Below are positions 32,552 through 41,238 of a DNA stretch of 64,000 nt, piece after piece. This DNA is from Firmicutes bacterium UBA4996 (GTDB lineage: Bacteria; Bacillota; Limnochordia; Darwinibacteriales; Darwinibacteriaceae). Every line of letters begins with the position of its first letter. Position 1 is the stretch's first letter. Location of the stretch: NCBI GenBank assembly GCA_002396805.1, contig DGYW01000058.1, forward strand, positions 45,591 to 109,590, in the 5' to 3' direction. The position numbers and the translations under genes were made by a program. The notes under the pieces were generated by a model. The model was not told the DNA's origin. It saw only the letters and a program-made list of their open reading frames with translations, and did no database searches.

Positions 32552-32827
32552 GTGTCGATCTCGATTAAAAGGAGGAAGACACTGTTGGCCAATCGCGTGA
32601 ATTGTAGTGTTAACAACTGCCATTACTGGACTCAAGGCAATGCTTGTGCAGCTTCTAGCATCATGATTACTTCTGATCAAATGGGCTATGAAGAACCCGA
32701 TTCTTTCGACGCACCCCAAGCATCTTTAGCACCTCCCTCACCAGTAGAATCCTGCATGGAGACTTGCTGTAAGACCTTTGTCGCGAAGGGTTCGCCCCAT
32801 ATTCAGGATGATGGAGTCTACAAGTAA
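32552..32827 (+). CDS. DUF1540 domain protein
   Basis: A Cys-rich CxxNxCxYW-like motif (VNNCHYW) characteristic of DUF1540. Confidence 0.5.
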   Translation: MSISIKRRKTLLANRVNCSVNNCHYWTQGNACAASSIMITSDQMGYEEPDSFDAPQASLAPPSPVESCMETCCKTFVAKGSPHIQDDGVYK

Positions 32828-32910
32828 CTAGCGAAAGAGGCCGCTTCGGTCTCTTTTTCATTTGTCAGTTGGGCGCCTCTTGGGGTAGAATGTAAATCAG
32901 GAGGGGTTCC

Positions 32911-33843
32911 ATGCTAGATGCTAAACATGCTCTAACAACCACCGTAAAGCCAGATGAAGATGGCTTAATGATTAAGGAAATTGTCTATGGGCGTTTGAAC
33001 TTGAGTCGTGGTCTATTGCGCAGGATGAAGCGGGGTGGCGGAGTCTATCTAAATGGTCAACGGGACTATCTGACGAGACGGGTACGAAGTGGAGATCAGC
33101 TCCAGATTTTCTTTTATGATGAAGATACCTCCATGGAGCCCGAGGCGATCCCCTTGGAGATTGTGTACGAAGATGACTATCTCTTGATTGTCAATAAGCC
33201 TGCTGGAATGGCGGTCCATCCAACTGGCGCGTACCAACAGGGTACTTTGGCCAATGCTATCGCCCATCACTGGAAGACTATTGGGTTGAGGACGAAGGTG
33301 CGTTTAGTGCACCGGATTGATCGCGAAACCTCGGGTTTGATCTTAGTGACTAAGGAACCTTACAGCTTACAGCGTTTGTTGCTACAGCTAAGTGAACAAA
33401 CCCTGATTAGGGAGTATTTGGCTATCGTTGAGGGGCAACCCAAAGAAACTACCGGTATCATTAGGGCTCCCATTGGGCGTTCCATGGATCATGGTGTAAA
33501 ACGTGCCGTGCGCCCAGAAGGGAAAGAGGCGTGTACAGTTTATGAGACTTTAAGAATTGGCTTTGGGGCTAGTCTACTGCGGGTTCGTTTAGAGAGCGGG
33601 CGGACTCACCAAATTCGGGTACACTTAGCAAGTTTGGGTCATCCTCTATTAGGTGATCCACTTTACAATAAGGGAGTTGAAGGGGAAGAAGGCGGTCAAG
33701 CCCTTCACGCGTGGCGTTTAGAGTTTGTACACCCCCGAACTGGTAAAAAACATGAGATCACCTGCCCCTTGCCAAGGGAGATGTTAGCACTGTGGAAAGA
33801 TAGCTTAGAGGGAGGAAGTGCGGGTCATGCTAGAGGTAAGTAG
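32911..33843 (+). CDS. RluA-family pseudouridine synthase (RluD/YlyB-like)
   Basis: S4-like N-terminus and the catalytic motif HRIDRETSGL. Confidence 0.8.
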   Translation: MLDAKHALTTTVKPDEDGLMIKEIVYGRLNLSRGLLRRMKRGGGVYLNGQRDYLTRRVRSGDQLQIFFYDEDTSMEPEAIPLEIVYEDDYLLIVNKPAGMAVHPTGAYQQGTLANAIAHHWKTIGLRTKVRLVHRIDRETSGLILVTKEPYSLQRLLLQLSEQTLIREYLAIVEGQPKETTGIIRAPIGRSMDHGVKRAVRPEGKEACTVYETLRIGFGASLLRVRLESGRTHQIRVHLASLGHPLLGDPLYNKGVEGEEGGQALHAWRLEFVHPRTGKKHEITCPLPREMLALWKDSLEGGSAGHARGK

Positions 33844-34255
33844 GGAAATGCTGGCCAAGGGTACCAGGGCAGGCCTCAAAACGACCTGGGAATTGGCTAA
33901 AGTGGTGGTTCCCACAGCAATGTTGGTGGCTGTTTTTAAGGCCAGTGGTCTGTTAGGTAGTATTACGGATTTTTTTGCTCCCTATATGGGCTTGTTTGGG
34001 TTATCGGGGGAGGCGGCGGTTGTTCTTTTTAGTGGTTATCTTGTAAATCTATACGCTGCGGCCGGAAGCATAATGGCCTTAAGCCTTGCACCTAAAGAAA
34101 TAGCAATATTGGCAGTAATGCTTACCTTCGCCCACTCTCTTTTGGTGGAACTACCCATCAGTCGCAAAGCGGGTAGCCCCTTGGGTTATGTCCTTATAGT
34201 TAGAATGGGCTGTTCACTTGGGGCCGGACTACTCTTGGGGGTGATTCTATCATGA
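33818..34255 (+). CDS. nucleoside-recognition (Gate) domain membrane protein, SpmA-like
   Basis: Hydrophobic protein forming a tandem pair with the next gene, as SpmA and SpmB do. Confidence 0.5.
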   Translation: MRVMLEVSREMLAKGTRAGLKTTWELAKVVVPTAMLVAVFKASGLLGSITDFFAPYMGLFGLSGEAAVVLFSGYLVNLYAAAGSIMALSLAPKEIAILAVMLTFAHSLLVELPISRKAGSPLGYVLIVRMGCSLGAGLLLGVILS

Positions 34256-34719
34256 CAGTTCTTTGGGAAGGCTTTTTGCAGGGCTTACAAGGGGTATGGA
34301 CAGTAGCCAGGGTAGTGATCCCTCTAATGATAATCTTGGAAATTGCTCAGGGTAATGGGCTACTCCAAAAACTAAATCGACTTTTGGCCCGCCCTTTTCG
34401 AGCCATCGGTCTAGGCGAGGAGGGGGCTTTTCCCGTTGTTGTGGCCATGGTGTTTGGCCTAACCTTCGGCTCTGGGGTAATCTTGAATCACGTACGGGAA
34501 GGGAAAGTTAGTCCCGAGGAAACCAAAGTGATTGGCACGTTCATGGCCTTAGCGCATGCTTTGATTGAGGATACGATTATCTTCATGAGTCTTGGTGCAC
34601 CTTTACTACTGTTGATTCTTCCTCGCGTTATGGTGGCCTATCTTATGGCCTATTTAGTAAATAGACGTAACCAACACTTATCCTTACCGGAGGGGCACCA
34701 CATCCAAGGTATCAATTAG
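34252..34719 (+). CDS. nucleoside-recognition domain membrane protein, SpmB-like
   Basis: Tandem partner of the previous gene, translationally coupled to it. Confidence 0.5.
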   Translation: MTVLWEGFLQGLQGVWTVARVVIPLMIILEIAQGNGLLQKLNRLLARPFRAIGLGEEGAFPVVVAMVFGLTFGSGVILNHVREGKVSPEETKVIGTFMALAHALIEDTIIFMSLGAPLLLLILPRVMVAYLMAYLVNRRNQHLSLPEGHHIQGIN

Positions 34720-35931
34720 CCAGTTTTCTTCGCCTGGGCTGAGACCCAGATTGAGTAGTAATCGCATTTGGGGTGAGTGGGGAACAAAGACTGTGATGCT
34801 CAACGGCTCTAGGGCGATGTATTTTATCTCCCACTGTGTATTGGTGTTTAAAGTATATAAGAACTCCTTAATTTGCTCGACCCGACCTTGTGGGCTGATT
34901 AATGACTCTAGTTGATCCTTCTCTTCTAGTTGTACTGCCGTTTGCAGAGTCTGTACAAAGGATTTTAATGATTGTTCCACTACTGGAGGAACCTGTTGGC
35001 TAGCAGGGACTAGAGAAAAGTTCTGTAAAATCAAGGCACCATTTGCTTCGTGCCAACTCATGGTAGCTAAGAACATTGAGCCTTTTTGGGTGATGAAAAC
35101 CACCTGAAAGGGCTCTTCTGCAAATGTCGGATGCGTGACAAACTCGCTAGTGATTCCTCCATAGGTTTTCGGGAAACTAGCTAAATACAGGGGAAGCCCC
35201 TGCTGTTGCAAGTTTGAACTCACTAAGTTCTCTATCCCTTCCGTATTGCGGTTATTGATGAAATTCACAAGCCTAGCCACTTGGATTTGGATCCTAGATA
35301 GAAACTCTTCCGTTGGAGGCACTTGTTCTATCTGTGGGAGTTGCTCCATAGGTAAGTTATCCTCAGGTAAGTGTTCCTGAGATAAGCGTTCTTCAGACAA
35401 GTGCTCCTTACGCTGGACAGTAAACTCAGGATAGCCCTTCGCCAAGGGTTGCCAAGTAGTCAACGAAGACGTGCTCTTTACTTCGCTATGTAGCCTTTGG
35501 ACCATGTTAATTTCCCACTCTTGAGGCAGCTCGGCTGTAAAGGTGGGTGGCCTAACGGGAAATGAAAATTCAGGAAACCACAGAGTATCACGGTCCAAGG
35601 TGATCTGGTTACCTTTCAAGGACAAAAAACCTTCGTAAGATAAATCTAAGATGGGTGAATGGGCCAGTGTCCCAACGGAAAAAGTTACAACTGTACCTTG
35701 GGACCCTCGTTCGATTTGATAGTTTTCTAATCCTTCTACCCAAAACTCGGTGATCTGGGCGTTGGGAAATACCAAGAAGGAGAGGGGAGCACTGCTAGGT
35801 TCCATGGCTAGTTGTCCCTCTACCCGCAAGTAGCCATTGTCCGGCAAGTAAAACACCTTGACTTCGGCCGTAGCAATGCCCCCTAGACAGAGGAGCAAGC
35901 ATAGAATTGAGTAGAAATAGAGTTTTTTCAT
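34684..35931 (-). CDS. hypothetical secreted or membrane-anchored protein
   Basis: N-terminal signal/TM segment (MKKLYFYSILCLLLCLGGIATA). No recognisable family. Confidence 0.5.
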   Translation of the reverse strand: MKKLYFYSILCLLLCLGGIATAEVKVFYLPDNGYLRVEGQLAMEPSSAPLSFLVFPNAQITEFWVEGLENYQIERGSQGTVVTFSVGTLAHSPILDLSYEGFLSLKGNQITLDRDTLWFPEFSFPVRPPTFTAELPQEWEINMVQRLHSEVKSTSSLTTWQPLAKGYPEFTVQRKEHLSEERLSQEHLPEDNLPMEQLPQIEQVPPTEEFLSRIQIQVARLVNFINNRNTEGIENLVSSNLQQQGLPLYLASFPKTYGGITSEFVTHPTFAEEPFQVVFITQKGSMFLATMSWHEANGALILQNFSLVPASQQVPPVVEQSLKSFVQTLQTAVQLEEKDQLESLISPQGRVEQIKEFLYTLNTNTQWEIKYIALEPLSITVFVPHSPQMRLLLNLGLSPGEENWLIDTLDVVPLR

Positions 35932-35986
35932 GAATAATCAGCCTCCCATTGGCTAGTATTCGGGGACGTGAGAAAAGAATCCTCCC

Positions 35987-36412
35987 CTATGTAGTTAAGC
36001 GCATGGTGCGATGGGGGATACCACCGTCTATAAAGACTTCGCCTTCTACAACAAAACCCAACTGGGCATAGAAGTCTAGGGCTTGGATTTGAGCACCTAG
36101 TACAAACTCCTCTAATCCTTGTTTTTGACCAGTGGCTATTATGGTGTTGATGAGCCTACTTCCAAATCCACGACCACGATATTCTGACAAAATGGCTACC
36201 CGTCCAATTCTACCTATCTGGTCTTGGGTTACCAGGCGACCGGTTCCGACCAATTGACCTTCTAAGAATACTCCAAAATGCTGTGCCGTGTCATCATGGC
36301 TGTCGTATTCTTCCTCTACAGGTACTTGCTGCTCTTCTACAAAAACCTTTAGGCGAATCTCCATCGCTTGGGGAAATTCCTCTGACTTAAGTTGACGATA
36401 GGTTACCGACAA
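35987..36412 (-). CDS. GNAT family N-acetyltransferase
   Basis: GNAT motif A region (RGRGFGSRLINTI). It is transcribed divergently from the fusion gene below. Confidence 0.65.
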   Translation of the reverse strand: MSVTYRQLKSEEFPQAMEIRLKVFVEEQQVPVEEEYDSHDDTAQHFGVFLEGQLVGTGRLVTQDQIGRIGRVAILSEYRGRGFGSRLINTIIATGQKQGLEEFVLGAQIQALDFYAQLGFVVEGEVFIDGGIPHRTMRLTT

Positions 36413-36542
36413 GGCTTGACCTCCTAGATCTGAATCTGCGTTTTTTAGTAATGTTCACTCTTTTTCATTGAAATCCCTGCCTGTGATTGCTATAATTGGA
36501 AGTGTGCACAAAGTGTGCGCAGAACTGAAGGGGGTTCAAAGA

Positions 36543-39167
36543 ATGCATCCATATATTGAGTTTGTCAATCCGCATTTAGGTAAAATGTTAACCGAGATCG
36601 GTTTGAATAAACGTTTTCAACGTGGCCTTGGCTGTAGTCTGTTCGACGACGAAGGAAATGAGTACTTAGATTGCATTGCAGCCTATGGGGCACTGCCTTT
36701 CGGTTATAATCCCCCGGAGATTTGGCAGGCTGTACATACTTTAGAATCAAGTCAGGAGCCGAGCTTTATTCAGCCGTCTCTGCTTGAAGCAGCCGGTGCT
36801 TTGGCCGCAAGACTTGTTGAGATTGCTCCTGCTGGACTGAAACAGGTCACCTTTGCCAACAGCGGGGCAGAAGCAGTGGAAGCAGCCTTTAAACTCTCCC
36901 GGGCGAAAACAGGCAAACTTACGATTTTAAGCACAAAAAACAGCTTTCATGGTAAGACTCTAGGTGCTCTTTCAGCAACCGGCAATACAGGTTACCAAGA
37001 AGTATTTGGTGCTCCCGTACCCGGTTTTCGGCATATTCCCTATGGAGATCTAGAGGCCCTTCAGGCGTACCTGGTAGACTATGCGGACGAAACGGCGGCG
37101 TTTATCGTGGAGCCTATTCAAGGAGAGGGTGGAATTGTAGAGCCTCCTGCTGGGTATTTACGGGGTGTGCAAGAGCTTTGTGCAGAGTATGGAGTGTTAA
37201 CAATCTTCGATGAGATCCAAACGGGTTTAGGGCGTACCGGAACCATGTTTGCTTGTGAAAAAGAAGGTGTTACTCCCGATGTGATGGTGATCGCTAAGGC
37301 CCTGGGTGGTGGGTTAATACCTATTGGTGCGGCGCTTTGTAAATCCCAGGTATATACAGAGGATTTTGGTCTCAAGCACTCCTCGACCTTTGCCGGTAAT
37401 GCTCTTGGTTGTCGAGTGGGTTTGGCTGTAATCGATTTACTTACCAAGGATGACAGAATCCTTCTAGATGAAGTCACCCAGAAGGGTAAGGTGCTCAAAT
37501 CTGGCCTAGAAGAGATAGCTCGGTGTTATCCGCAAATCATCACCAAAATCCGGGGAGAAGGTTTAATGCTTGGTATTGAGTTTAATGACTCCAAAATCCC
37601 CTACCCCCACAGTTTGCTAGGGGTTATGGCTGAACAAGAAATGTTGACTCCCATGATCTCTTCGTATCTGTTGAATGTGGAAAGAATTCGTGTAGCACCC
37701 ACCCTCAACGGTGCCAGTGTAATTCGTATTGAACCGGCTCTAGTCATTAGCGATGCGCAGATTGAGTGCGTGCTCCAGGGAGTAGAGCGGACTGTGCAGA
37801 TGCTAGCGCAACGTAATACAGCGGCGTTTCTTGGCCATTTGGTAGACTTTACACCTAGCCGTAATGGTGCACCGGAAGTCACTGTTACCACTGCGGAGGA
37901 AGTGGCACCACAGCCAGAGGACGGTCGCTTCGCTTTCTTAGTGCATCCGGTAGATCTGCAGAATTACTGCGAGTTCGATGAGAGCCTAGCTTTGCTTAGC
38001 GAGGAACAACTGGAAGACCTTAGTTCTCGTTGGAATGATTTAGTGGAACCGTTTGTTGTGAGCGGAACCAGGATTGTTGATCAAGAGGGGCAAAGTGCTT
38101 ATGGTGAGTTTATTTGTGTGCCCAAGACAGCTGATGAGCTTTTAGCACTAGATGCTGAGCAGGCTACTGCTGAGATTAGCAAGGCCGTTAGTTTGGCTGC
38201 AGAGCGGGGGGCCAAGATTGTGGGACTAGGGGCCTATACCTCTGTGGTTACTATGGGTGGCAGAAGGTTGTTATCCCATACTGACGTAGCCTTAACAACC
38301 GGTAATAGCTACACAGTGGTTTCGGGCGTGGAAGCTATCTTGACTGCTGCACAGCGGATCGGAATGGAGCTAAGCCAAGTAACTGGGGCGGTCGTTGGCG
38401 CTGGAGGCGCCATTGGTAAGGCCCTAGCCTTATTGTTGGCTGAACAGGTCGAACGGCTTCTTCTGATCGGGAATCCCAACAGGCCAGAAAAAAGCGAGTA
38501 TCGCATGCTCCGGGTAGCTGCGGAAATTATCCAACATCTCCGAAACCTGGCCCAAACTGGCCATGTGTTTTCCCAGGGTAGCCTTGGTGCATATGTGACT
38601 CAGTTGAAAAATTTGCCGCAAGATGATGAGCCTGTGGGAGTTTGGATTGAGTATGTGCAACAGCTGGTGGCCAGTGATGCACCCATTGTCATCACTGTAG
38701 ATAGTAAGAAATATCTACCCCAAGCAGACGTAATTATGGTAGCCACTAGTAGCTTAGAAACGCTGATTACTTCGGAATTGCTGAAGTGGGGAGCCCTCGT
38801 TTGCGACATGTCAAGACCGAGCAACGTCAGCAAACAGGTGCTGGAAGAACGTCCTGATGTGTTGGTGATTGACGGAGGAGTCGTGGCTGTACCCAATCAA
38901 CCGGACTTAGGTTGGAATTTTGGTTTTGAGGTGGGAGATGCCTTCGCTTGTATGTCTGAGACTATGATGCTAGCTCTGGAAAAGCGTTATGAACACACTA
39001 GTTTAGGAGCGGATTTAAATCTCGGTCAATTGCAGTTGATGCGTGAGTTGGCTGAAAAGCAAGGTTTTGCTCTCGCTGGTTTCCGCAATTTTGATCGACC
39101 ACTTGCACCCGGAGTGTGGGAGCGGGTGCGATCTCTAAGACAACAGTCCATGGGTCAAGCGAGGTAG
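36543..39167 (+). CDS. fusion protein: class-III PLP aminotransferase (N-terminal) joined to an acyl-ACP reductase (AAR)-like NAD(P)-binding domain (C-terminal)
   Basis: Start ATG 36543 follows a GGGGG RBS. N-terminal half: FDEIQTGLGRTG and the Schiff-base lysine region MVIAKALGGG. C-terminal half (about nt 37935 onward) aligns motif by motif with cyanobacterial AAR: LVHPVDL versus FGLIGHLTSL, IVGLGAYTSVV versus ISALGGFTSII, and TTGNSYTV..GAVVGAGGAIGKALA versus TTGNTHTA..VAVVGATGDIGSAVC. Confidence 0.7.
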   Translation: MHPYIEFVNPHLGKMLTEIGLNKRFQRGLGCSLFDDEGNEYLDCIAAYGALPFGYNPPEIWQAVHTLESSQEPSFIQPSLLEAAGALAARLVEIAPAGLKQVTFANSGAEAVEAAFKLSRAKTGKLTILSTKNSFHGKTLGALSATGNTGYQEVFGAPVPGFRHIPYGDLEALQAYLVDYADETAAFIVEPIQGEGGIVEPPAGYLRGVQELCAEYGVLTIFDEIQTGLGRTGTMFACEKEGVTPDVMVIAKALGGGLIPIGAALCKSQVYTEDFGLKHSSTFAGNALGCRVGLAVIDLLTKDDRILLDEVTQKGKVLKSGLEEIARCYPQIITKIRGEGLMLGIEFNDSKIPYPHSLLGVMAEQEMLTPMISSYLLNVERIRVAPTLNGASVIRIEPALVISDAQIECVLQGVERTVQMLAQRNTAAFLGHLVDFTPSRNGAPEVTVTTAEEVAPQPEDGRFAFLVHPVDLQNYCEFDESLALLSEEQLEDLSSRWNDLVEPFVVSGTRIVDQEGQSAYGEFICVPKTADELLALDAEQATAEISKAVSLAAERGAKIVGLGAYTSVVTMGGRRLLSHTDVALTTGNSYTVVSGVEAILTAAQRIGMELSQVTGAVVGAGGAIGKALALLLAEQVERLLLIGNPNRPEKSEYRMLRVAAEIIQHLRNLAQTGHVFSQGSLGAYVTQLKNLPQDDEPVGVWIEYVQQLVASDAPIVITVDSKKYLPQADVIMVATSSLETLITSELLKWGALVCDMSRPSNVSKQVLEERPDVLVIDGGVVAVPNQPDLGWNFGFEVGDAFACMSETMMLALEKRYEHTSLGADLNLGQLQLMRELAEKQGFALAGFRNFDRPLAPGVWERVRSLRQQSMGQAR

Positions 39168-39186
39168 TTAGAAAATTTTATTTATG

Positions 39187-39210
39187 CCGGGAAACTCTCC
39201 CGGTTTTTTT
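39187..39210 (+). terminator. rho-independent terminator after the fusion gene
   Basis: Hairpin CCGGGA-aactc-TCCCGG followed by TTTTTTT. Confidence 0.7.
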
Positions 39211-39242
39211 ATTTATCTGTTATAATGTAAAGGAAAGGTGGT

Positions 39243-40061
39243 GTGCGGGTGCATATTGTTGTTTGTATCAAACAAGTTCCCGAAACTAGAAATGTAGAGG
39301 TTTGTCCAGAAACTGGTGTCTTATTACGTGATGGGGTAGATAGTATTATGAACCCCTTTGATCTGTATGCCCTTGAGGCTGCCTTACGACTGAAGGAGCA
39401 ATACGGTGGAACCGTTTCTGTAATTTCCATGGGTCCTCCACAGGCTCAGACCGTAATCAGAGAAGCCTATCAAATGGGCGCAGATCGAGGTTATCTGTTA
39501 TCTGATCGGGCATTTGCAGGTGCGGATACCTTAGCTACCTCTTACACTCTGGCCCAAGGGATCGAAAAACTAGACGCCTATGATGTCATTCTTTGCGGTT
39601 TGCAGACAACAGATGGGGACACGGCACAAGTTGGCCCAGGTATTGCTGAGGTCTTAGGAATACCCCATGAATCAAATGTTTCTCGGGTGCTGGGGGCCAC
39701 TGCAGATGGTCTGCAAGTGATTAGCGATCTAGGGACGATGGTGTACACCAAGAGCATCAAATTTCCTTGTTTGGTTACCCTCACAAAAGGGGTAGGTGAG
39801 CCCCGCCTTTTATCGTTCAAGCTTAAACAAAGCACTAGGGATTGGCCCATTACTACGTGGTCAGCCGCTGATTTAGACAGCGCTGCTCAAGATTTTTTTG
39901 GTCTCAGCGGGTCACCCACTCAGGTAGAACGGATCTTTCCGCCTACCGTAAGTGATAGTTTCGAGACTTGGGAAGGTAGCGGACTGGAGTTAAGTCACAA
40001 GTTAGTGCAAAAATTGCAGGAATTACGTTTGGTGGAGGGTGTTGAACGTGCTCAGAATTAA
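39243..40061 (+). CDS. etfB: electron transfer flavoprotein beta subunit (LctB-like)
   Basis: EtfB N-terminus (VCIKQVPE) in a 272-aa protein. Confidence 0.85.
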   Translation: MRVHIVVCIKQVPETRNVEVCPETGVLLRDGVDSIMNPFDLYALEAALRLKEQYGGTVSVISMGPPQAQTVIREAYQMGADRGYLLSDRAFAGADTLATSYTLAQGIEKLDAYDVILCGLQTTDGDTAQVGPGIAEVLGIPHESNVSRVLGATADGLQVISDLGTMVYTKSIKFPCLVTLTKGVGEPRLLSFKLKQSTRDWPITTWSAADLDSAAQDFFGLSGSPTQVERIFPPTVSDSFETWEGSGLELSHKLVQKLQELRLVEGVERAQN

Positions 40062-41238
40062 CCATGATCTCTGCACCTTGTGCGAACACTGTATTAGCGT
40101 TTGTCCCTTTGGAGCTCTACAACTAGCTCACGATAGCATTCAAGTTCTTGATGCATGCCGACTCTGCAAAATTTGCGTGAGACAATGTCCAGTGGAGGCT
40201 ATGTATATTGAATCCACAACTTCTACGCCCGAAGCCACTCCAGACGCCCGAGATGTGCTAGTGGTAGCGGAATTTGAGAACGGTGGGCTGCATCCAGTTA
40301 CCCTAGAGCTGATTGGAAAAGGGCGGGAAATGGCGGACGAGATTTCTGCCAGCCTAGGTTGTGTGTTGATTGGCTTCGGTTCTGCTTCCCACGGTGAGTA
40401 TGTATTAGAATACGGTGTTGATCGGGCCTTCATCTTTGATCACGAGGAGCTAGAGCACTTCCGAATTGAACCCTACACTTGCGCGGTTGAAGAGGTAATC
40501 AAAGAATTTGAGCCAGCAATCGTACTTTTTGCCGCCACACCTATAGGGCGCTCCCTAGCACCGCGGGTGGCTGCCCGGTGTCGCACAGGATTAACGGCTG
40601 ACTGCACTACTCTAGAGGTGAGACCTAACGGGGAGTTGGTCCAGATCAGACCTGCCTTTGGAGGTAATATTATGGCCCAAATTATTACTCCCAATCATCG
40701 ACCCCAAATGGCTACCATGCGTTATAAAATTATGGATCCAGCCAAACCCAGGCGTAATCCTGGGGCTAGAGTGGAAGTCCGGGAGTTAGCTAGTGAGGCA
40801 TTAGCTTCTGCTATTAAGGTCTTGAATGTCGAGAAAAGACCACCTGAAGTTAGTATCGCAGATGCGGAGATTATTGTGGCCGCTGGTCGGGGGATTGGTG
40901 ATCGGGAAACTCTGGCACTTGTTGAAAAATTGGCCCATTTGTTAGGTGGGCAAGTGGGGGTTACTCGCCCCTTAGTCGAAGCGGGTTGGGCCGATTATAC
41001 TCAGCAGATCGGCTTAAGCGGACGCGCAATTCGGCCGAAGTTGTTAATAACGGTGGGTGTTTCAGGTGCGGTACAGTTTTCTGCTAGTGTAACTGGAGCA
41101 GAAGTAATTGTAGCCATTAATAATGATCCTCACGCTCCCATCTTTAAAGTAGCCCATTATGGCTTAGTGGGGGATTTACACGAGATTTTGCCTGCCTTAA
41201 TTAACGATCTTCAGGAGGTGACTGCATATGCCATATAA
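40039..41238 (+). CDS. etfA: electron transfer flavoprotein alpha subunit with an N-terminal 2x[4Fe-4S] ferredoxin domain (LctC-like)
   Basis: Two CxxCxxCxxxCP motifs sit N-terminal to the EtfA FAD-binding domain. Confidence 0.85.
   Translation: MLNVLRINHDLCTLCEHCISVCPFGALQLAHDSIQVLDACRLCKICVRQCPVEAMYIESTTSTPEATPDARDVLVVAEFENGGLHPVTLELIGKGREMADEISASLGCVLIGFGSASHGEYVLEYGVDRAFIFDHEELEHFRIEPYTCAVEEVIKEFEPAIVLFAATPIGRSLAPRVAARCRTGLTADCTTLEVRPNGELVQIRPAFGGNIMAQIITPNHRPQMATMRYKIMDPAKPRRNPGARVEVRELASEALASAIKVLNVEKRPPEVSIADAEIIVAAGRGIGDRETLALVEKLAHLLGGQVGVTRPLVEAGWADYTQQIGLSGRAIRPKLLITVGVSGAVQFSASVTGAEVIVAINNDPHAPIFKVAHYGLVGDLHEILPALINDLQEVTAYAI

Noticed and set aside
36468-36542. Upstream ATG start (36468) for the aminotransferase-AAR fusion
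   Set aside because: No RBS is present. The ATG at 36543 follows a GGGGG motif and gives the typical aminotransferase N-terminus.
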